64,000 nucleotides of DNA from an uncultured Gammaproteobacteria bacterium (GTDB taxonomy: Bacteria > Pseudomonadota > Gammaproteobacteria > GCA-001735895), in the NCBI GenBank assembly GCA_964651385.1, contig CAZYYM010000001.1, positions 92,168 to 156,167 on the forward strand, written 5' to 3'. The notes under the pieces are model-generated. The model was not told where the DNA came from and searched no databases. It saw nothing but the letters and a program-made list of their open reading frames with translations. Shown here piece by piece: positions 11,555-21,676 of this stretch (its first letter is position 1; each line of letters opens with the position of its first letter). The position numbers and the translations under genes are program-made.

Positions 11555-12213
11555 TGATCGATCAACTCATTAATCTGTTACCCTGGAAAAATCAGTTAAG
11601 CGTGAAAAAGATGCGTAATAGATTGATGTACATGGTGAAATCAAGAATACGGTGGTCACCTGATTGGTGATGCGTGTGTTTTTGATTTTTTCAGGTGCAT
11701 TAAGGTGTTGCGCAGACTTTCATGATTCAACTGATTTTTCTAGGGTTACATTAGCCAATCCAAACCAGTGTGATGTTGCTCGGTCTGGCTTTGGCTACCA
11801 ATTTGATAGGTATTGGCGACCCGTTCGATTTTGTTATATTTTCTGTGCTGCACAGCATCGCTTATATTTTATGGACGCTATTGCTATTGAAAATAACACG
11901 CGCGGTACTACGCCATGCCGCCCAGAATGAAAAACATCTGTCGATACTACATCCTCAAACACTACCTCTGTTTTTAAATTTAGCCAATAAACTGCCAGAT
12001 CTATAAACGATTTATCGAAGAGAAGATTGAAATACCTTATAGCAAACAGAAAGTATATTAAACAGTTACCGAAATCCTAGCGGACATCATACAAATTGCC
12101 AAGATGAACAGGATTCTCTTATTCAGTACTACTCATTCCAGCTCCGTTTTTAAGTTTCGTTTAAGCCGCAACGTGTAAGCTAGCCACTAATATTTTGAAC
12201 AAGGATAGCTTGC

Positions 12214-12822
12214 ATGTCGGTAGATACCCAGGAACCTTCCAGCGTAAAAGTATGGGATCCTTTAGTCAGGGTTTTCCACTGGGGTCTGGTGCTTTCATTT
12301 TTTCTCGCTTTTATTACTGAGGACGACTGGATAAGCCTGCATATTCAGGCGGGATATGCTGTGACCTTACTCATTGGTTTCCGGCTGATCTGGGGTTTTA
12401 TCGGAACCCGCCATGCGCGATTTATGACCTTTGTTAAATCGCCCTCCGTAGTACTGTCCTACCTCAAGCATATGCTGTCCTTAAGGGTTCCACATTATCT
12501 GGGCCACAATCCGCTGGCGGCTGTCATGGTGATAGCGCTGCTGATCAATATCACATTGATATCTTTCACTGGATTAGTATTGATTGCTGGCGAGGGACAG
12601 GGCCCATTGGCGAATTCTGTCTTTTCAAACTGGCCAGGTGACTGGATCAACGACATCCACGAATTTTTCGCCAATTTCACCCTGCTATTGGTAGTTGCAC
12701 ATGTTTCTGGCGTCGTACTCAGCAGTCTATTAGAGGGTGAGAATTTGGTAATGGCGATGATAACCGGGCGCAAAAAAGCCCGCACCGACTGGCAGGATAA
12801 TAAATCGCGGGATGATGAATAA
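12214..12822 (+). CDS. Cytochrome b561 family protein (Ni/Fe-hydrogenase b-type cytochrome-like)
   Basis: 202 aa with 4 TM segments. RVFHWGLV near the N-terminus and conserved His positions. Confidence 0.7.
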   Translation: MSVDTQEPSSVKVWDPLVRVFHWGLVLSFFLAFITEDDWISLHIQAGYAVTLLIGFRLIWGFIGTRHARFMTFVKSPSVVLSYLKHMLSLRVPHYLGHNPLAAVMVIALLINITLISFTGLVLIAGEGQGPLANSVFSNWPGDWINDIHEFFANFTLLLVVAHVSGVVLSSLLEGENLVMAMITGRKKARTDWQDNKSRDDE

Positions 12823-13030
12823 AGTGATATCACTTATAAAACAGATAACCCCGCTATCCGCAAGTGTTATTTCTAATGCGGTTCATGCCAGCCAGGCGCT
12901 ATTGAAGAAAATCGACAATTGTTTTTTCGCACAACGGCAAGTAGACGTTTGGGCATGGCTGCGGACTACTCAAAAATCGGATATCTAAACCTGGCTCTCA
13001 AGCTAGTGAACTCCTGCGAGGCAATATCTA

Positions 13031-13552
13031 ATGAATCAAAATAAAAGCTTTATCGCAGGATCAATCATAATGTCCGGTATTCTGATTTTCAGCCTGTATG
13101 GCATGGGCCAAACCTGGGCATCTTCTAAGGCCAAACCAGATCCACTATACCTCGGAGAATGTGGTAGCTGTCACATGCCCTACCCGGCACAATTACTACC
13201 ACCGCAAAGCTGGCAAAATATCATGGCACAGCTGGAAGATCATTTTGGTGAAAATGCCGAACTCGATACACCATCAGCACAGGCTATAGAAACCTATTTA
13301 ACCGAGGCAAGCAGACCCTCGAGGAACTCATACCGGAAACTGTTGAGAAACCTGGGCAACCGGGCGCCATTGCGTATCACCAAACTACCCTATTTTATTC
13401 ACAAACACGATGAGATTCCTTCACGGTATGTCGCTGCGAATGATAAAGTAAAATCGCTCGGTCAGTGCAATGCCTGCCATAAACACGCGGAGCAAGGTGA
13501 TTTTGATGAAGATAGCATATTTATTCCTGGCGTTGGTTCTTGGGACGATTAG
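13031..13552 (+). CDS. Diheme cytochrome c
   Basis: Signal peptide. Two CxxCH heme-binding motifs (CGSCH and CNACH). Confidence 0.7.
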   Translation: MNQNKSFIAGSIIMSGILIFSLYGMGQTWASSKAKPDPLYLGECGSCHMPYPAQLLPPQSWQNIMAQLEDHFGENAELDTPSAQAIETYLTEASRPSRNSYRKLLRNLGNRAPLRITKLPYFIHKHDEIPSRYVAANDKVKSLGQCNACHKHAEQGDFDEDSIFIPGVGSWDD

Positions 13553-13811
13553 CAGCTTCCTGCGTGCCGATGACGACGTCAGTTCGGCTCAAATTCGTCA
13601 CATGGTTGAAAACGGTGAAATACTTCCCCTGCAATCCATCATGAGGCAGTACCCAGCTCAGATTTATGGCAAGTTACTCGACCTGGAAGTTAAATGGGAA
13701 CGCCAGAAACTGGCTTACGAACTGGAATTCCTTCGCGCCGATGGCAAAGTTATTGAGCTGAAAATTGATGCTCGAAATGGGCAGTTACTCGAACGGGAGA
13801 TAGAAGATTGA
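13506..13811 (+). CDS. PepSY domain protein
   Basis: ATG at 13506 gives MKIAYLFLALVLG..., a signal peptide followed by a roughly 70-aa PepSY-like domain. It overlaps the end of the cytochrome c gene. Confidence 0.55.
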   Translation: MKIAYLFLALVLGTISSFLRADDDVSSAQIRHMVENGEILPLQSIMRQYPAQIYGKLLDLEVKWERQKLAYELEFLRADGKVIELKIDARNGQLLEREIED

Positions 13812-14470
13812 AGTTGCTGCTAGCCGAAGACGACATCCAGCTGGTCGAGTTTTTACGACCCAAATTACAGCATTCAGGATATACCGTGGAATGGGCCGAT
13901 AATGGCATTGACGCCGAATTTCTGGCGTTTGAGGAAAATTTCGATGGTATTATTCTCGATCTGGGCTTACCCCTAAAACCGGGCCTTGAGGTATTAATAA
14001 ACTGGCGGCAGCGGAGTATGACCACACCGGTAGTAGTTTTGACTGCTCGCGATTCCTGGCAGGAGCGCGTCGATGGATTGAAAGCAGGCGCTGACGATTA
14101 CCTCGGCAAACCGTTCCACTTTGAAGAACTGTCTGCGCGCTTGCAGGCCATATTGCGACGCCGTTTTGGGCACTTGGATAATATTCTGGAATTTCATAAC
14201 CTCAGGCTTGATCTCGACAATCAAACCATGACTTCTCCCCGGGGCGAAAAACACCAACTCACGGCTATCGAATTCCGTCTGTTGCGCCATTTGATGTTAA
14301 ACACCAATAAAATTATTTCTAAAACGGAATTAAGCGAACATGTTTACGAAGAAGAGCAGCTCAAGGACAGCAATGTCATCGAGGTTTACATTAATCGTTT
14401 GCGTAGCCATCTGGGAAGATCATGGATCAAAACCTTTCGAGGTCAAGGTTACCGGCTTTCGGAGCCTTAA
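13808..14470 (+). CDS. OmpR/PhoB-family response regulator
   Basis: REC domain (LLAEDD...ILDLGLP...) and a winged-helix C-terminus. Probable TTG start. Confidence 0.85.
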   Translation: MKLLLAEDDIQLVEFLRPKLQHSGYTVEWADNGIDAEFLAFEENFDGIILDLGLPLKPGLEVLINWRQRSMTTPVVVLTARDSWQERVDGLKAGADDYLGKPFHFEELSARLQAILRRRFGHLDNILEFHNLRLDLDNQTMTSPRGEKHQLTAIEFRLLRHLMLNTNKIISKTELSEHVYEEEQLKDSNVIEVYINRLRSHLGRSWIKTFRGQGYRLSEP

Positions 14471-14665
14471 ACCTGGAAACCCCAGTTGGATCACTAAAGA
14501 ATGCACACACACTTGACACATCGAAATACCGCATCACCGGGAAATCTGATAGCCGGATTGTCACCAATAAGGTGACGACGTATTCCACAAACCACCAGGC
14601 ACATCAATATCTTGCACATTATTTTTGCGGCCGGCTGAAGTTTCCAGGTTAACTCAGATAAGGCA

Positions 14666-15970
14666 ATGTATTCTCTCAAGAAAACAATCACTCGAAACCT
14701 AATAATCAATATGATTGCGGTAATGCTTGGCCTGTTAGTCATACTCTATTTTTCAATGCAACAAATACTGCAGGACTATATTTTGACGAGATTACGGGCT
14801 GATACCGAAAGCCTGGTCAGCGTCGCCCAGCTCGATCAAAATAAAACCTGGAGTGTAAACCCGACACAAATGTCGACGGTCTATGACCGTGTAAAGTCCG
14901 GTCATTACTACCGTCTCAGTACAGAAAGGCAAACCATTACTTCCCGTTCGTTATTCGACGTTGTAATGCCGATGCCAAGTAGTCCGTTAGTTAAATCAGG
15001 GCATTACCTGGCCCAGGGGCCAGGCCATGAAGTCTGGTTGGTCCGCTATCAGCAGGTGAATAAAAATAGCCAGCTCGTCAATATCTGGATAGCTGAAAAT
15101 ATAACTCCGCTACGACAACAATTAATTCGATATTCGGCCTATGCCGTTATCCTGCTACTGATAACAACTTCGATACTTATATATCTACAGCGGCGAACGC
15201 TGGAACGCTCGTTTCGTATCTTCGAAGACCTACGTCAAAATCTATCCTCGGTACGCCATAGAGAAATTGAAAAAACTGGCCTGCAGGTGCCCTGGGAAAT
15301 TATGCCACTGGTGAATGAAATCGAAATTCTGGTCGATCAGTTACGAAATCGAATCAATCGAACCCGTCATGCTATCGGCAATCTTGCCCATGAACTAAAG
15401 CGACCGATACAGCTACTATCGCTACAACAGGAATTGGATGGCAGTAGTGATCAGATTAAACCACTTCTGGAAATACGCGCGATACTGGAGCGCGAGCTAA
15501 AAAGGGCAAAGATTTCGGGATCCCAGGGCGCCGGGGGTACATTTAATATAAATGAAGAACTGCCTTATATGATCAACATACTGGCCAAAATTTATCCTCT
15601 AATCGAAATCAAATTTGAAAATACAGAAAGCATTCAAACACTCGATTTGGACAGGGATGATATGCTCGAGTTGACAGGAAATATACTCGACAATGCCTGT
15701 AAATTTGCCTCGCATTTAGTCAGGCTTCAAATCGTTACTATCGAGCAATCAATAAAATTAATTTTTGACGATGATGGTCGAGGCATCGAGCAGACAGATA
15801 TCGAAGCCGTAAAAAAGCGTGGTGTGCGGCTCGATGAAAGCCACGAAGGACATGGCTTAGGTCTCAGTATTTGCCGGGATATTATCAAGAGTTATTACGG
15901 TGATATGTCGTTTACCTCATCGCCGATGGGAGGCCTACGGGTTAGCGTCACAATACCCCTGAAATCTTAA
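14666..15970 (+). CDS. Sensor histidine kinase (2 TM, periplasmic sensor domain)
   Basis: H-box HELKRP, N-box NILDNACKFA and G-boxes DDDGRGI and GHGLGLSI. Confidence 0.85.
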   Translation: MYSLKKTITRNLIINMIAVMLGLLVILYFSMQQILQDYILTRLRADTESLVSVAQLDQNKTWSVNPTQMSTVYDRVKSGHYYRLSTERQTITSRSLFDVVMPMPSSPLVKSGHYLAQGPGHEVWLVRYQQVNKNSQLVNIWIAENITPLRQQLIRYSAYAVILLLITTSILIYLQRRTLERSFRIFEDLRQNLSSVRHREIEKTGLQVPWEIMPLVNEIEILVDQLRNRINRTRHAIGNLAHELKRPIQLLSLQQELDGSSDQIKPLLEIRAILERELKRAKISGSQGAGGTFNINEELPYMINILAKIYPLIEIKFENTESIQTLDLDRDDMLELTGNILDNACKFASHLVRLQIVTIEQSIKLIFDDDGRGIEQTDIEAVKKRGVRLDESHEGHGLGLSICRDIIKSYYGDMSFTSSPMGGLRVSVTIPLKS

Positions 15971-16025
15971 ACGGCCGGATTCACTATCGTTAATATCCGT
16001 CAATTAACTTTGATCCATAGCGCTA

Positions 16026-17462
16026 TCATTCAAACTTGCCTTGTACCCAATACGACAATTGATCAAGCAATTTCAGTTCCCGACCACCCTGCTGACCCTG
16101 TGACAGGGTCAGCAGAAGTTGCTGGAATTGATCCAGTGTTAATTCAGTACCATATTCGCCATCTACCAGTCGACTTTGACAAAACTTTCGCCAGCGCAAT
16201 GCTTCATTGTCATTCAGACTCCCCGGGAAATTACGGGCACGGTAACGGAAAAGCAGGGTATTCAATCGCGCATCCCGAAAGCTGTTCTCAGTCCATTCCG
16301 CCAGTTGTTCAGGGCTTGCTGCCAATAGTTGATTACAGGTCAATCTGTCCTGTTGTGAGATGAATCCGTCGTATAATGCGCGGTCTGCGTCGATGGTTTC
16401 GAACGCTTTCGGTGCTTTATAAACTTCCGTCAGGCGACCAATCAACCCAGGTTCGGACATCAACAAATTGCGATATTCATTGATGAGATCCCAGTCAATA
16501 AACCATTTATTTGCTTGTTCGGCATTCAACGTTGAAACTGGCGCCAGTGCTGGTGATTTATTTAAATGTACACCTTTTAGCGGCAGGCGCTGCTCACCCT
16601 CGGCTAAATCGACTGTTTTTGTATAAAGCTTTTGCTGAATTTCTTCGACGCTGAGTTGCAGCAATGACTGAGGATTAAAGCGCAGGTTATAACAGATAAT
16701 TTCATTACTATTTACTGGATGCCTGAGCAAAGGTATAACTGGCGCAAGGCAACCCTGTTCAACAGGAAACATGCCGCTCACATGCAATATAACTTCGGCT
16801 CGGGCTGGATTAAGCAGCTCAGACGCGCGTTTCTTATTGCGAAGCTTAAAATAGAAATCAAATAAACGTGGCTGCTTTGATTTGACGAGCCGGGTAACTG
16901 CGATTGTTGCCTTGACATCCACCAACGCATCGTGTGCACCAACTTGATCAATATGATTTGCTGCAGCCAAATCGGTGAGTTTAAAACTGGTAACACCATG
17001 GTCATTTTGCGGCCAGTTGATTCCCTCAGGTCTCAGCGCATGGGTTAATCGCATTAAATCCAGCACGTCCCAGCGGCTATTGCTGTTTTGCCAGCTATAA
17101 GCATAGGGGTCGATAAAATTTCGGTAGAAACCGAATCGCGTGATTTCGTCATCAAAGCGGATATTATTGTATCCGACGATGCAACTGCCGGGTCGAGAAA
17201 ACTCTGCGTGAATATGCCCAAAAAACTCGGCTTCGGCCACCCCTTCGGCGCTGGCATGCTGTGGCGTGATACCTGTAACGAGAACTGCCTCGGGATGCGG
17301 CAGGAAATCCGGCGTGGGTTGCGCGTAAATCATTAGGGAATCACCGATTTGATGTAGATTTTCATCGGTACGAATACCGGCAAACTGGGCAGGGCGATCT
17401 ACCCGTGGATTGGCGCCCCATGTTTCGTAGTCATGCCAGTAAAAGCTTGCCTCGACCATCAA
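16026..17462 (-). CDS. sbcB: Exodeoxyribonuclease I
   Basis: 478 aa, colinear with E. coli SbcB (HDYETWG...RPAQFA...). Confidence 0.9.
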   Translation of the reverse strand: MMVEASFYWHDYETWGANPRVDRPAQFAGIRTDENLHQIGDSLMIYAQPTPDFLPHPEAVLVTGITPQHASAEGVAEAEFFGHIHAEFSRPGSCIVGYNNIRFDDEITRFGFYRNFIDPYAYSWQNSNSRWDVLDLMRLTHALRPEGINWPQNDHGVTSFKLTDLAAANHIDQVGAHDALVDVKATIAVTRLVKSKQPRLFDFYFKLRNKKRASELLNPARAEVILHVSGMFPVEQGCLAPVIPLLRHPVNSNEIICYNLRFNPQSLLQLSVEEIQQKLYTKTVDLAEGEQRLPLKGVHLNKSPALAPVSTLNAEQANKWFIDWDLINEYRNLLMSEPGLIGRLTEVYKAPKAFETIDADRALYDGFISQQDRLTCNQLLAASPEQLAEWTENSFRDARLNTLLFRYRARNFPGSLNDNEALRWRKFCQSRLVDGEYGTELTLDQFQQLLLTLSQGQQGGRELKLLDQLSYWVQGKFE

Positions 17463-17649
17463 TCCCTTTCCCTAATATCAAATTTTCCGCATGCTCCAGA
17501 CAAAAGCCTCTCCCGCATGCGCTGAAATCGCCAAACTAAAAGTTATAGCCAAAATTACAAATTTAATCACTTTAGTCATCCTAGTTTCCTTTACAAATTC
17601 AGATCAGCTCAAAAAATAACCGGTAATAATTGACTGGCCAAATAACACA

Positions 17650-19002
17650 CTACTCACCAAACACATCCACAACGGAATCACGAACCGCGTCCACCAGATC
17701 ATCCAGCGTGGATTCATTCGAAGTTATAGGTGGCGCGATACAAACCACTTCACTACGCATCCGCGTAAACAGTCCGTGGTTTATCATAGCTTTGGTCATT
17801 TTTGCACCAACGCCCCACTCTGCAGGATATAAACCTTTACTGGCTTTATCTTCCACGAGTTCGATACCACACATCATTCCTTTACCGCGAACATCACCAA
17901 CGTGGGGATGACCGTCCAGTGACGAGTGCAACTTATCCAATAAATAATCACCCTTGGTTGCCGCCTGACCGGCAAAATCCTCCTCTTCTATTATATCGAT
18001 CATTGCCAGTGCCACCGCGCAAGTGGTTGGGTGGCCACTATAGGTGTAAGCGTGCATCCAGGGTTTGTCGGCATTTTCCAAAGTAATCGCAATTTCATCG
18101 GTAATACCGATACCACCCAGAGGCACATAACCCGAGGTAATCGCCTTGGCAAATTGCACCAAATCGGGTTGAATACCGTAGTGATCCAAAGCAAATAATT
18201 GCCCGGTGCGCCCAAATCCAGTGATGACTTCGTCGGCAACCAGCAAAACCTCATATTGGTCGCAGATTTCGCGAATGCGTGGAAAATAATCATCTGGTGC
18301 GATCAGAACGCCACCTGCGCCTTGCACCGGTTCTGCGATAAACATCGCAATATTTTCAGGCCCCTGCCTTAATATCTCCTTTTCCAGTTCATTCGCAGCA
18401 GCAATACCCGGCGACGAACCATCCTCGGGTTTGGGATAGCGGTACTTATCTGGCGACGGGATGTGACTAAAACCCGGTATACGCGGTTCAAACGCGGCCC
18501 AGTAGCCGGCAATTCCAGTGGCGCACATGGCGGCGAAGGTGACACCGTGATATCCCCAGAGTCGGCTAATTACCTGAGTTTTCGACGGCTTGCCTTTGGC
18601 CTTCCAGTAAGATCGTGCGAGTTTGATATTACTGTCGGTTGCTTCCCCCCCGCCCGAGGTAAAATAAAAATGGTTAATATCCCGGTAACAAATATTTGAT
18701 AATCGCTCCGCCAGTTCGATTGCTGGCACATTCGAACTACCGGCATAACTTGAACAAAATGCGAGTTCCTGCATTTGTTTCGCGGCCGCGTCGACCAGTT
18801 CCCGACGACCGTGCCCTGCATTAACATTCCACAGACAGGAAAGTCCATCAATAAACCGGCTACCATCGGCATCAATCAAATAAGAGCCTTCGGCTTTTAC
18901 CCAAACTTTTCCGCTAGACTGCCCCGCACTGTGGTGAAGCGGATGGATCATATGTGCCTGATCTTTCTCTATTAGAGCGGCATTCTGGATGGTTGTTTTC
19001 AT
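17650..19002 (-). CDS. Class III (omega-) aminotransferase, PLP-dependent
   Basis: 450 aa. The class-III fold pattern with the LLVADEVITGFGRTG lysine region. The substrate is not assignable from sequence. Confidence 0.85.
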   Translation of the reverse strand: MKTTIQNAALIEKDQAHMIHPLHHSAGQSSGKVWVKAEGSYLIDADGSRFIDGLSCLWNVNAGHGRRELVDAAAKQMQELAFCSSYAGSSNVPAIELAERLSNICYRDINHFYFTSGGGEATDSNIKLARSYWKAKGKPSKTQVISRLWGYHGVTFAAMCATGIAGYWAAFEPRIPGFSHIPSPDKYRYPKPEDGSSPGIAAANELEKEILRQGPENIAMFIAEPVQGAGGVLIAPDDYFPRIREICDQYEVLLVADEVITGFGRTGQLFALDHYGIQPDLVQFAKAITSGYVPLGGIGITDEIAITLENADKPWMHAYTYSGHPTTCAVALAMIDIIEEEDFAGQAATKGDYLLDKLHSSLDGHPHVGDVRGKGMMCGIELVEDKASKGLYPAEWGVGAKMTKAMINHGLFTRMRSEVVCIAPPITSNESTLDDLVDAVRDSVVDVFGE

Positions 19003-19417
19003 TCGTAGATATCTCCGCGTATGTCGAATTCAATGTTTGGAGACGCATTATAGGCCGGCTTATCGTCTGGTTGAAATAAAAACTGTGGTCAGCCCGAGTC
19101 ACCGAATGTTAAAACACTGGCTTAATGATATTTCTGTCAACTGCAAAGGCGCCTGGTTCGAACATTACCCTAATGAAATTCAATCTACTGGTTAGTGATA
19201 GCTTCCGGACAGGCGCATGGTCGAAGCTCCTCTGATAGTTCCAGACAAGTTACTTCGGTAGATCTCCGCAATAGTTTGCGCTGGTTTTTTTGATCAACGC
19301 TCTGCGTTGAATAGATCGCATTTGGCCAAACAAAATCAGCAGTATCCGATCGATTCAAGGCAAAACTCGGATTTGGGCTACACTCAGATTTATGGACCGT
19401 TTCAAAAATAGCAAGCT

Positions 19418-20641
19418 ATGCGTCAAATATTACGACTGCTAATCATAGTCGTATCAATCTCCTCAAATATTGCCCTTGCGACCGAAGAGGGACTGAGTGT
19501 ATTTACCTCCGATAATCCGGAAAGTAATATTCTCCATTCATTCATCGTGGTGCCCTACAGATATGAGATTCCGCAAGGCATTAACAAACAGGCAAAACAG
19601 CCTGTGCTAAAAAAACAGGCGCCGTTTCGTATCGAAATTCTTGATAAAATCAACGACGACCAGAAAACTCAATGGTCCATTACCATTGCCAAAAATTCTT
19701 TTGGGCGAATTCGCGTTCGCTCAGATTATTCCGGTAAGAAAAAAGTTGGGCCAATCAGTACCAATTGGACTTCTTACAGACTCGATCGGCATGTTAAGAA
19801 TCGTCATATCCTGTTGTTTCAGCCCCGCCAGCAAAAACATCTCTCTCGTATCTACAAAAAAGGCAACCCGGTTTCATCCCAGGGTGTCAGCCATGGTGGT
19901 GGAACTGAATCGATCGATATTGAAGGCAGAAATCCACGGCTCACTTATGAGGTTGAAGCCCGAATTCTGGACGCTAATAATCAAATCATTAAACGTTATA
20001 AAACCATCTTGCAAATGGATAATAAGGATATGATTCGGCAGGAATATATAAACCATTACAGAATTCCGCGTTCAACCGAGGGGGAAGCAGGTAAATTACC
20101 CGTGCCATCCCGTGATGAAATTAAACTTGTACCGCACATCCCTCTAGGTTATGTCGGTAACACTCTGACCGAAAGCGGTTACAAATTAATCATTGAAGAT
20201 GGCGCTATCGAGCTGTCAAAATTAGTTCTCGATGCTTACGAGAGAATGAAAAAATTTTATCGTACGCAGGGTAATGAATTCAAAGACCTAAATGGCATTC
20301 CTGTATCAATTCCAGACAGTCAACTTTGGCTGAGTAGTGGCTGGCGGAACCCTGAACGCAACGAATGGTTTAGTAGCGCACTCAACGGAGCGCACCAGCT
20401 TGGTACCGCACTGGACTTAATGCCCAACGAGATACCGAGGAAAAAACAGGCGGCAATTGTATACTGGGTTTTATGGAAGGCGGTTGAATCTATTCCAGAT
20501 CAACACCGGATTTTTGCCCAGCTGGAAGCGCTTACCGTACCGATTCGCCCAGCCAGTTTTAAACTCGATATTGAACCCAGAAACGGTATTCCCGATGCTT
20601 TCGATAAAGCCGATCACCTGCACGTCAACCTGGTCAAATGA
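19418..20641 (+). CDS. Secreted hypothetical protein with a C-terminal peptidase M15-like (DUF882/VanY-type) motif set
   Basis: Signal peptide. The C-terminus has SSGWRNPERNEW (matching SGYR..P..N), HQLGTALD (H-x6-D) and a terminal HLH, which together resemble the Zn-ligand set of M15 peptidases. The N-terminal 280 aa have no recognisable domain. Confidence 0.5.
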   Translation: MRQILRLLIIVVSISSNIALATEEGLSVFTSDNPESNILHSFIVVPYRYEIPQGINKQAKQPVLKKQAPFRIEILDKINDDQKTQWSITIAKNSFGRIRVRSDYSGKKKVGPISTNWTSYRLDRHVKNRHILLFQPRQQKHLSRIYKKGNPVSSQGVSHGGGTESIDIEGRNPRLTYEVEARILDANNQIIKRYKTILQMDNKDMIRQEYINHYRIPRSTEGEAGKLPVPSRDEIKLVPHIPLGYVGNTLTESGYKLIIEDGAIELSKLVLDAYERMKKFYRTQGNEFKDLNGIPVSIPDSQLWLSSGWRNPERNEWFSSALNGAHQLGTALDLMPNEIPRKKQAAIVYWVLWKAVESIPDQHRIFAQLEALTVPIRPASFKLDIEPRNGIPDAFDKADHLHVNLVK

Positions 20642-21507
20642 AACCCCTAATTCGCCTCTTTCTGCTCTATTTACTGCCGATTTCATTACTACAGGCTGAG
20701 TCTAATTTTGAAGACACCTACGGAATTCCGGCCAATCAGAATTATAGCGCACTCGCTGATCAGGTAGTTGCCAACCGTTTTGATGAGTCGACATTATCAC
20801 TGCTGCAAAAGTTGACTCGCCTGGAAAATCTTCAGGCGCGAATTGAGGTGAAATTAAGCCGATATCCCGATGACCCATTAATCTGGTTTCTCTCGGGCCT
20901 CAATCAGAACAACCTGGCTGAGGTTAAGTACCTGACCATATTAAACAGTGTCGGCCAACACAGCGCAGCGAACAATATTGATGTATCGAACTACAACATT
21001 GCGCGCAGTCGCGCCTATGACAATGCAATCCGGCTCGACGATCCACAACCCCATCAATTGTCATCTTCAATCTACGCCACGATGGGGTATGGACTGAGTA
21101 ACCGGCAAAAAATTAAAACCTATAGCCGGGAACTGGAACTCGGTAACCCAGCTGAAAACGAAAGCAACGAATGGTTCCTGCACTGGGCAAAAATTGACGC
21201 CCTGGTACACGAGAAAAAACTCGACGAAGCGCAGCAGGCGCTCGCGGAATTAAAAAAATTGTTGCAGGAAAAGAAGATAACCTCGTCACCCTATACGAGT
21301 ATCGTAGAACGCGCCGAATCTCAGGTCACAAAGGAAATTACGACCGCTGATAAGCGTAACTCAAAGGCCCCAGGCCGAGCCAAATCCAAAATGGTCGACG
21401 ATGAAAATAATAAACCCTGGGACTGGAAAACCTGGTTGCTCATAAGTTTCGGATTTTTCACCTTTAGCTTCGTATTGGGTGCAGCTATATTTTTTCGTCG
21501 AGGCTGA
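20638..21507 (+). CDS. Hypothetical secreted/helical protein with a C-terminal TM anchor
   Basis: ATGA overlap with the upstream gene. Signal peptide and a C-terminal hydrophobic segment (WLLISFGFFTFSFVLGAAIFF). Confidence 0.5.
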   Translation: MKPLIRLFLLYLLPISLLQAESNFEDTYGIPANQNYSALADQVVANRFDESTLSLLQKLTRLENLQARIEVKLSRYPDDPLIWFLSGLNQNNLAEVKYLTILNSVGQHSAANNIDVSNYNIARSRAYDNAIRLDDPQPHQLSSSIYATMGYGLSNRQKIKTYSRELELGNPAENESNEWFLHWAKIDALVHEKKLDEAQQALAELKKLLQEKKITSSPYTSIVERAESQVTKEITTADKRNSKAPGRAKSKMVDDENNKPWDWKTWLLISFGFFTFSFVLGAAIFFRRG

Positions 21508-21676
21508 TGCATACGATGCATACAAGGCATCCGGGTTAATAGGTGATAGTTACCGGAGCCCTTATGCAGCTTATAGCCTACTTGGACTAACTGGGCTAAT
21601 ATAACCACTATAGAAAGCCGATTTTTGACTATACATTAGATTCACCACTTAAGTTCTATGGCGCCGCGGAAATAAA

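Noticed and set aside
11770-12006. 78-codon GTG-start ORF in the sdaA/cytochrome b561 gap
   Set aside because: Weak start, no RBS and no family resemblance. Kept only as a note inside the gap finding.
19130-19180. GGTTCGAAC motif resembling a tRNA T-loop
   Set aside because: No acceptor-stem or anticodon-arm complementarity around it. It lies in the aminotransferase leader.
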